From IMG/VR virus record IMGVR_UViG_3300028888_000002: a stretch of DNA of 64,000 nt. The stretch is one strand, 5' to 3'. The notes below the pieces were generated by a model. The model was not told where the DNA came from. It ran no database searches and saw nothing but the letters and a program-made list of their open reading frames with translations. Shown here one piece after another: positions 58,187-64,000 of this stretch (its first letter is position 1; the number at the start of each line of letters is the position of its first letter). This DNA is from a virus (lineage: Duplodnaviria; Caudoviricetes). A program made the position numbers and the translations under genes.

Positions 58187-58570
58187 ATGTCAAGAAATGT
58201 GCCGAAGCGACGTTGGCTAGATACAGAAATCCTGGAAGTGCAAAAGGGTAATGTCCCCGAAGGGCGAACCTACTTGCAGGCTGCGTCCTATGCCCACAAG
58301 CACAATATCCCCTGGAAAGAACTTCGTAAGAACACCTGCAAGTGGTGGTGGACCCCCGCAGAAGACGCTGTGTTAATGTCGGGAAACATTGTTCCGAACC
58401 GTTCCTGGGAATCTATCCGACAGCATAAAGAAGCCCTGGGAATACCCCGTTCGGCAAAGCCCCGCTTTTCCGATTTCAAGGCGTTTAATGAAAAGAACAG
58501 GAACGCTATAAACATTATTCACAGGGGAAAGCCGAATGCCCAGGAAGAAGAAACGACCCAACCCGTTTGA
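58187..58570 (+). CDS. Myb/SANT-like repeat DNA-binding protein
   Basis: Two W-T/L-x-x-E..P.R[ST] repeats; TTGCAA-N17-TATATT promoter upstream. Confidence 0.6.
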   Translation: MSRNVPKRRWLDTEILEVQKGNVPEGRTYLQAASYAHKHNIPWKELRKNTCKWWWTPAEDAVLMSGNIVPNRSWESIRQHKEALGIPRSAKPRFSDFKAFNEKNRNAINIIHRGKPNAQEEETTQPV

Positions 58571-58904
58571 CGAACTGTGCAAGTGCCTGGATATGCAGGC
58601 TACCTTTGACGACAACGTTAAGCGTGTTTATGCCCTGTTGACCAAAGGCGAATTTGACCTGCATATCGTCGCAGAAATCCTAGTTGAAGCTGCGACAATG
58701 CCCGTCCTGGCTCAAGAAAATCTAAAACTCTGTGCTGCCGTCAAGGACCTTACGCACAAGTTGGATATTGCCGACGAGTGCATTAAGGATTACTCCGAAA
58801 GACTGAAAAACGCAGCCATAGCTTCGCAGGAAGGCGTTACGGTTGAAGACGAACACAGGGCTGTGCGTTTCTTGAAGTTTCCAAAGGGTCCCGCAGTAAA
58901 TTGA
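58536..58904 (+). CDS. hypothetical protein
   Basis: 122 aa. Confidence 0.6.
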   Translation: MPRKKKRPNPFDELCKCLDMQATFDDNVKRVYALLTKGEFDLHIVAEILVEAATMPVLAQENLKLCAAVKDLTHKLDIADECIKDYSERLKNAAIASQEGVTVEDEHRAVRFLKFPKGPAVN

Positions 58905-58938
58905 CGCTGTATAACTATATACCTAGTAAGAGGTTTTT

Positions 58939-59562
58939 ATGGCACGAAAGTTTGTCTTTGATATTGAAACTACTCCCCGTCCAGGCATAATGGACACGTT
59001 CTACCCTATGTGGGCTGAAACAAAATATCCTGGCAAGGAAGGTCAAGAGTTGGAAGATATGGCAGCACTACACGCTGAATTTGGAATGGTGTGTGCTATC
59101 GCTATCGGTAACGCCTTGACGGACGACCCCCCGACGGTTCACACCGCAGGTAGTGTTGAAGAAGAAAGTTACCTGTTGGAATCCGTTAGCGATATTTTTG
59201 ACAGCGAAAATGCTATCCTAATCGGTCACAACATTAAGGGTTTTGATATTCCCTTTATGGCGAAAAGGTTTATGGCACAGTTGGGCTTTGTTCCCCGTGC
59301 CCTTAACTTCGGTGGCAAGAAACCCTGGGAAATCCCGCATATTGACACTATGGAACTTATGCGTTTCGGTGGCGGTGCGTCTATGTCCTTGCGTTCGGCT
59401 TGCCTGCTGCTCAATATAGAAGACCCGAAGGGTTCCGTGTGCGGTTCCGAAGTTCCGCAGTTGTTCCGTGAGGGCAAGACGGATATTATCGGAAATTACT
59501 GTGCGGGCGACGTTGTTGCAGAACGTTTAGTTTACAGAAAGGTTATGAAGGCTTTGGCTTAA
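58939..59562 (+). CDS. DEDDy 3'-5' exonuclease (PolB-exo related)
   Basis: VFDIET, GHNIKGFDIPF, HIDTM, YCAGDV. Confidence 0.88.
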   Translation: MARKFVFDIETTPRPGIMDTFYPMWAETKYPGKEGQELEDMAALHAEFGMVCAIAIGNALTDDPPTVHTAGSVEEESYLLESVSDIFDSENAILIGHNIKGFDIPFMAKRFMAQLGFVPRALNFGGKKPWEIPHIDTMELMRFGGGASMSLRSACLLLNIEDPKGSVCGSEVPQLFREGKTDIIGNYCAGDVVAERLVYRKVMKALA

Positions 59563-59581
59563 TTTGCAGTGAGGTTTTTTA

Positions 59582-60091
59582 GTGCATCGTATATACATTG
59601 GCATTGACAATGGCACGTCGGGAACTATCGGTTGGCTTGGCGACGGCATTGAAACGGGTTTCGCTGAAACCCCTAAATTTGTAGAACAGTCCTACACGAA
59701 GGCTGCGAAGAATATCAGCCGTATTAAGCGTTCCGCTTTGCGTGAATTGGTCTTGAAGATTTTGGGCGATAATCAGCCGTGCGAAGCAATCGCAGTCCTG
59801 GAACGTCCCCGTGTGAACCCGAAGCAGTTTGTCACGACGCTTTCGGCTATGCGGGCGTTGGAAGCGACGCTTTGTGTTTTGGAAGACCTGGGTGTTCCGC
59901 TTACCTATACGGACTCCCGTCCGTGGCAGAAGAAAATGTTGCCCCAGGGCATAAAGGGTTCTGCCGAACTCAAGAAAGCCTCAAAGGAAATCGGTTGCAG
60001 ACTTTATCCGCAGTTTGCGGACGCTATCCGTAAGCATAAGGACGCAGACGGTTTGCTTATTGCTGAATGGGCTAGTAGGGAGCGTCTATGA
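59582..60091 (+). CDS. RuvC-like Holliday junction resolvase
   Basis: YIGIDNG..G, VLE, PWQK, DADGLLIAE. Confidence 0.8.
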   Translation: MHRIYIGIDNGTSGTIGWLGDGIETGFAETPKFVEQSYTKAAKNISRIKRSALRELVLKILGDNQPCEAIAVLERPRVNPKQFVTTLSAMRALEATLCVLEDLGVPLTYTDSRPWQKKMLPQGIKGSAELKKASKEIGCRLYPQFADAIRKHKDADGLLIAEWASRERL

Positions 60092-61059
60092 GTAGTATAA
60101 TTGAGCAGCAGGATTTGGTGGCAACCCCTGTTGACATTGAAACGTTCGTAAAGGACCCGCAGTATCTAGGGAATATCGTTGGCGATGGTATTTACCCGTA
60201 TTGGTTGGAGCAGTTCAAGAAAATCTATGCTGCCTCCGATGGTTCTCCGTTCTTTTTGTCGGAGTATAGCGAAGTCCTGTTTGCGGGTGCTTTGGGGGCG
60301 GGCAGAAGTTTTGCTGCTATCGTAGGGTTCCTGTATGAACTCTATATCCTTACGCTTGTAAAGGACCCCCACAAGAAATGGACCCTGCTGCCGACTACAC
60401 CGATTGATTTGGTGGTCATTACTGCGGACGCAAGCAACACGCTTCTTTCCGACCGTATCTTGGACTGCATTAACGTTTCCCCGTATTTCAAGTCTATTTT
60501 GCTGCCGAATAAGGGTTCTGCTCTTGAATCCAATATGTTCCCGAATCACGCAGGTCTTGCTGTTGTTGCTAACAATCGGTTCTTGTTGGGACGTGCTATT
60601 TTCGGTGCTATCGTGGATGATAGTTGCTTCCCGCAGGAAAAACCACTGTGCGATTTATGGTTTAAGAATATATCCGAACTATACACTTGTTCGTGGCGAC
60701 GTGGGTTTTCCAGGTTTGGCTGTGCAGGGACTACACCGCTTCGTATGTGGGTAGCTGTGGCTTCAAGTTCTCCCTTGTATGCCCTGGTTGATGAACGTAG
60801 AAAACGTGGCTATGGCATATACTATGTTTCTCCGTCTATTTGGGAAGCACAGGCGTTTAAGGGTGTCTATTGCGGTGATACGTTCTCCGTGTTTGTCGGT
60901 TCCGATACGGAACCCCCGAAGATTGTCACGGATATAAACGACCTTGTGAAATATAAGGACAAGATTATCCAGGTCCCTGTTGAATATCACCAGGATTTTG
61001 AAAAGAATATCCGTGATGCTGTTCAAGAATTGGCGGGCATCCCTGTCGCAAAGTTTTAA
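60088..61059 (+). CDS. truncated terminase paralogue (ATPase domain only, degenerate motifs)
   Basis: Shares PVDIETF, YPYWL, KDPHKK..PTTPI, SPYF.S.LLP, MFP.H, IWE.QA.KG.Y.G.TF.VF.GSD, IQVPVEY..DFE.N with TerL; ends before nuclease domain. Confidence 0.85.
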   Translation: MSSIIEQQDLVATPVDIETFVKDPQYLGNIVGDGIYPYWLEQFKKIYAASDGSPFFLSEYSEVLFAGALGAGRSFAAIVGFLYELYILTLVKDPHKKWTLLPTTPIDLVVITADASNTLLSDRILDCINVSPYFKSILLPNKGSALESNMFPNHAGLAVVANNRFLLGRAIFGAIVDDSCFPQEKPLCDLWFKNISELYTCSWRRGFSRFGCAGTTPLRMWVAVASSSPLYALVDERRKRGYGIYYVSPSIWEAQAFKGVYCGDTFSVFVGSDTEPPKIVTDINDLVKYKDKIIQVPVEYHQDFEKNIRDAVQELAGIPVAKF

Positions 61060-61100
61060 TCACAAAAACCGCTGTGCATTACAGCAAAGGAAACACTAAA

Positions 61101-61703
61101 ATGGCTACTAAAAAAGTCGCACCGAAAACCGAAACCAAAACTGCTCCGAAGAAGGAAGTCAAGTCTGCTGCCCCGAAAAAGGAAGGGAAGACCGCTCCGA
61201 AGAAAGAAGTCAAGGTAGCTCCGAAGAAGGAAGTCAAGTCCGAAATTCCGACTACTTCTGCCCCGAAGATTATGGCTAAAATGGTTCCTGCAAAGAAGAC
61301 CGCTCCGAAGCAGGACCAGGACTACGTTGTTCTTGAACACGACCTGCTTACGAAGAATTACACGATGATTATTCACGAAGCAAATTTCAAGTTCAATGCC
61401 CCGCACCATTTTAAGGTTATCGCAGCACAGCCCGACACTGACGGTGAACACAAGGGACAGAACCGTGTCGTTGGTATCGTGAACTTCCAGGAAGGTCCGA
61501 TTAAGGAAAACGGTGTGAACGGTGTTGCCAACGAAGACTTGCTTGGTATGGTTCTTTGCCGTTTGGAAGGCTTCCAAAACAGCGAATACAAGTGCCGTGA
61601 AAACGCCCTTGCTATTACGAAGATTGAAGAAGCCCTTATGTGGCTCCGCAAGAGAACTAACGCCCGTGTGAAGCGTGGTGTTGAAGGCACGTCAAAGGTT
61701 TAA
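61101..61703 (+). CDS. Tad1-family anti-Thoeris/CBASS sponge with APKK-repeat N-terminal tail
   Basis: FQEGP.KE.GVNGV..EDLL..V..RL..FQ....CRENA.A.T..EEALMW...R...R..RGV.GT. Confidence 0.8.
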   Translation: MATKKVAPKTETKTAPKKEVKSAAPKKEGKTAPKKEVKVAPKKEVKSEIPTTSAPKIMAKMVPAKKTAPKQDQDYVVLEHDLLTKNYTMIIHEANFKFNAPHHFKVIAAQPDTDGEHKGQNRVVGIVNFQEGPIKENGVNGVANEDLLGMVLCRLEGFQNSEYKCRENALAITKIEEALMWLRKRTNARVKRGVEGTSKV

Positions 61704-61719
61704 TTGGGGGAAATGCAAA

Positions 61720-62013
61720 ATGGCTAAAAAGAAGACCGTGAAGACTGCTCCCGTAAAGAGTCTTGCAGAAGTTATCGTTGACCTTGAACTTGAATTTGAC
61801 GAAATCGCAGGGAGGGTTGAAAAGATTGACGCTTCGTTGGACGATGACGACTTCTGTGATAGAATTGGTATTGAACATACTAACTTGCTTATTCAGCAAC
61901 GCAACGCTATGTTGGAATATCGTGACAAGTTGGGCATTCGCCTAGCCTTGCTCCGTCGTGCGAACGCAAAGGCTGTAGAAGCCGAAATTAAGGAAAAGGC
62001 GGTTAAGGCTTAA
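61720..62013 (+). CDS. T4 Y16Q / crAss001_48-like helical protein
   Basis: E.DE...R..K....L....F......LL..Q..AM..Y...L..R pattern. Confidence 0.65.
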   Translation: MAKKKTVKTAPVKSLAEVIVDLELEFDEIAGRVEKIDASLDDDDFCDRIGIEHTNLLIQQRNAMLEYRDKLGIRLALLRRANAKAVEAEIKEKAVKA

Positions 62014-62729
62014 TGGCTGACTCCACGCAAGATACGCTCGCACACCGTCAAATGGTCGTGGATTTCGCTACGGACTTCTGCACGTCCCTGCTTGAACGTG
62101 CAGACGGCTATGGCGACAAGACTATTTCCGACGCTGCCCTGGATTTCTGTAATGACATAATGGATAGGGCATACCGCCACGACGAATCTAAACTGCACGA
62201 ACCCGAAAAGGAACGTTTTGATTACGTCGGGACGCACCAACATTTGTCAAAGCACACCTACGGTTCCGACGAATATAAGAAGTCCCTTGAATACCTCGGA
62301 CCCGCATTGGACCACCACTATAAAGAAAACGACCACCACCCGCAGCACTTCCCCAACGGCATTAGCGGTATGAACCTTATGCAGTTGGTTGAAATGTGGC
62401 TTGATTGGCTTGCTGCTTGTAAGCGAAACAAGAATGGCAATATCTATCAATCCCTGGAAGTGAACAAGGACCGCTTCAAGATTTCGGACCAACTTTATAA
62501 CGTCCTGCTAAATCAAGCTGACGTGGTTGAATCCGACAAACGTGGCGACGGTTCTACGAACCTGTTTGGTCTTGTTGAAATGTGGTTGGACTGCGTGGCA
62601 GCTAACAGCCGTGACGAGTCAAAAAGCATTCACAGCATTGTTGAATCCGACATTGACCGCACACTGCTGTCCGAACAACTGTATAACATTATTTGCAATA
62701 CAGCGAATACATTTGAACCGCAAGGATAA
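62013..62729 (+). CDS. DUF5662-like HD-domain protein with duplicated C-terminal module
   Basis: H, RHDESK, HHYKENDHHPQHF, LVEMWLDW. Confidence 0.75.
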   Translation: MADSTQDTLAHRQMVVDFATDFCTSLLERADGYGDKTISDAALDFCNDIMDRAYRHDESKLHEPEKERFDYVGTHQHLSKHTYGSDEYKKSLEYLGPALDHHYKENDHHPQHFPNGISGMNLMQLVEMWLDWLAACKRNKNGNIYQSLEVNKDRFKISDQLYNVLLNQADVVESDKRGDGSTNLFGLVEMWLDCVAANSRDESKSIHSIVESDIDRTLLSEQLYNIICNTANTFEPQG

Positions 62730-62731
62730 CT

Positions 62732-62866
62732 ATGGCTAAAACCAAAGAAACTATCTGCAACAACTGTAATTCAAAGTCCTACTGTGCGAACAAGGCTTTG
62801 GGCGTGACGGATTGTATCAATTACAATAAGTTCCCGAAGCCGTCCGCAGACGAATTTAAACGATGA
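62732..62866 (+). CDS. small Cys-rich protein (44 aa)
   Basis: AAGGA RBS; CNNC..C..C; stop overlaps next ATG. Confidence 0.55.
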   Translation: MAKTKETICNNCNSKSYCANKALGVTDCINYNKFPKPSADEFKR

Positions 62867-63153
62867 ACGCATACGCTAACAAGCTGCTTGCAAGAGCCGA
62901 GGGAATTTGGCACAATCTAGGGTTGGCACTTCAAGAGAAGAAATCCCTTGAACACGACGGCTACACGTCCATATCGCTCTATTTTGACCGTATCACACCC
63001 GCCCAGGCTGAAATGCTTGTTTCTCAAATGAGCAAGGCTTTCCGCAGGGCTAACGTGTATTGGAAAGAAGACGAGCGTGGGACGAAGATTTGTGTTGAAA
63101 TCCCGCCTATGGGTTCGGGGACCCCCGTTCCTATGAAACGCAGTTGCAGGTAG
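62863..63153 (+). CDS. hypothetical protein
   Basis: 96 aa. Confidence 0.6.
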   Translation: MNAYANKLLARAEGIWHNLGLALQEKKSLEHDGYTSISLYFDRITPAQAEMLVSQMSKAFRRANVYWKEDERGTKICVEIPPMGSGTPVPMKRSCR

Positions 63154-63174
63154 TAACCACTTTGTTTATATTTT

Positions 63175-63311
63175 GGGAGCAGGACGGTTTGTAGCCATTC
63201 CGTCTTGTTACTTCCATAAGGGTGGAATAGCCCTACGTCGCTACTTTGGTAGCAGGCTCATTGGCGTGGGGCGGGGCAGCGTAGTTCTCGGTTTTCTACG
63301 CTGCCTTTTTC
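63175..63311 (+). ncRNA. candidate four-hairpin small RNA
   Basis: Own promoter TTGCAG-N17-TATATT (63144-63172), four consecutive stems, terminal GGCAGCGTAG/CTACGCTGCC + T-run; no ORF. Confidence 0.65.
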
Positions 63312-63340
63312 TTGACAGCCACCAGGTAATTTGTTATATT
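63312..63340 (+). promoter_or_regulatory. thyX promoter with operator half-site
   Basis: TTGACA-N17-TATATT containing CAGGTAAT. Confidence 0.7.
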
Positions 63341-63366
63341 TAAGGGACCTAAACAAGAGGTTCAAA

Positions 63367-64000
63367 ATGCCCATTACGATTATCAGTGTTACCGAAAACC
63401 CGCTTCAACTCATAGGTGAGTCCGCAGGTATTTGTTGGAATGCACCCGTTGACGACCCGCAGAAGAATATCCTTCGTGCGATTTCCTGCATTGAAGCGGA
63501 CCACGGGCGTGTCCTGGAATATCCCGATATTACGATTGTGATTGACGGTAAGTCTGCCCGTGCGTTCCGTGAACTCTATACGCACATAGGTGGGGGACCT
63601 ACCCGCTTGCAATCGTCCACCCGATATGTTGACGAAAGCAACTTTAAGTATTATACGCCCCCGTCTTGCCAAAAGGACGGTGTGCGTGAAGTTTACGAAA
63701 AGGGTATGAAGCAGGTTGCGGAATTTTACGGGGAGCTTATTGAACTAGGTGTTCCCCGTGAAGACGCAGCTAACGCCCTGCCGTTGGGTATGGACTCAAA
63801 GGTGGTGTGGAAGATTAACTTGCGGTCCCTGGTGAATTTTATGAACAAGCGTCTGTGCAGCAGGGCACTGCTTGAAATCCGACAGTTTGCAAACGAACTG
63901 CGTTCTATGCTTATGGGCAGGAACGTGGAATGGATGTGGATTTGCGAAAACCTGTTTGTTCCGTCCTGCGAACGTTACAAGTTCCTTAACAAGAAAATGT
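63367..64000 (+). CDS. thyX: FAD-dependent thymidylate synthase (partial)
   Basis: Hand-translated: HGRVLEY, SARAFRELYTH..TRLQSSTRYV, EDAANALP, NLRSLVNF...RLC.RA..EIR. Confidence 0.88.
   Translation, partial: MPITIISVTENPLQLIGESAGICWNAPVDDPQKNILRAISCIEADHGRVLEYPDITIVIDGKSARAFRELYTHIGGGPTRLQSSTRYVDESNFKYYTPPSCQKDGVREVYEKGMKQVAEFYGELIELGVPREDAANALPLGMDSKVVWKINLRSLVNFMNKRLCSRALLEIRQFANELRSMLMGRNVEWMWICENLFVPSCERYKFLNKKM

Noticed and set aside
61110-61310. Direct DNA repeats GCTCCGAAGAAGGAAG
   Set aside because: Coding APKKE repeats, covered in the Tad1 finding; not a regulatory array
63175-63311. tRNA
   Set aside because: Linear series of hairpins with no acceptor stem, T-loop GTTC or CCA end

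Overview
64-kb segment of a large lytic-type dsDNA tailed phage (about 50% GC). The T4-like portal suggests T4-type head assembly, and a FISUMP-like gene hints at a Fibrobacter-related host. Positions 1-34.5 kb are minus-strand replication, recombination and accessory genes: two beta-clamp paralogues, DnaB-like helicase, intein-containing SNF2 helicase, primase, HNH endonuclease, amidase endolysin, DNA methyltransferase, and an Mre11 plus a split Rad50/SbcC. Positions 34.6-64 kb are mostly plus strand: a cluster of modular proteins punctuated by E-S-K linkers (candidate capsid-packaged, protease-processed cargo), a putative initiator plus origin, terminase, collagen tail fibre, portal, a solo TnpB, exonuclease, RuvC, an anti-defence-like island (truncated terminase paralogue, Tad1, Y16Q-like protein, DUF5662) and thyX. 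The most striking unexplained signal is a set of hairpin RNAs whose loops are antisense to the phage's own conserved translation-initiation leaders (33.2 kb, 44.7 kb, 63.2 kb), paired with operator-bearing promoters that produce those leaders. No CRISPR array, tRNA or rRNA was seen. All family assignments are from motif recognition, not database searches.
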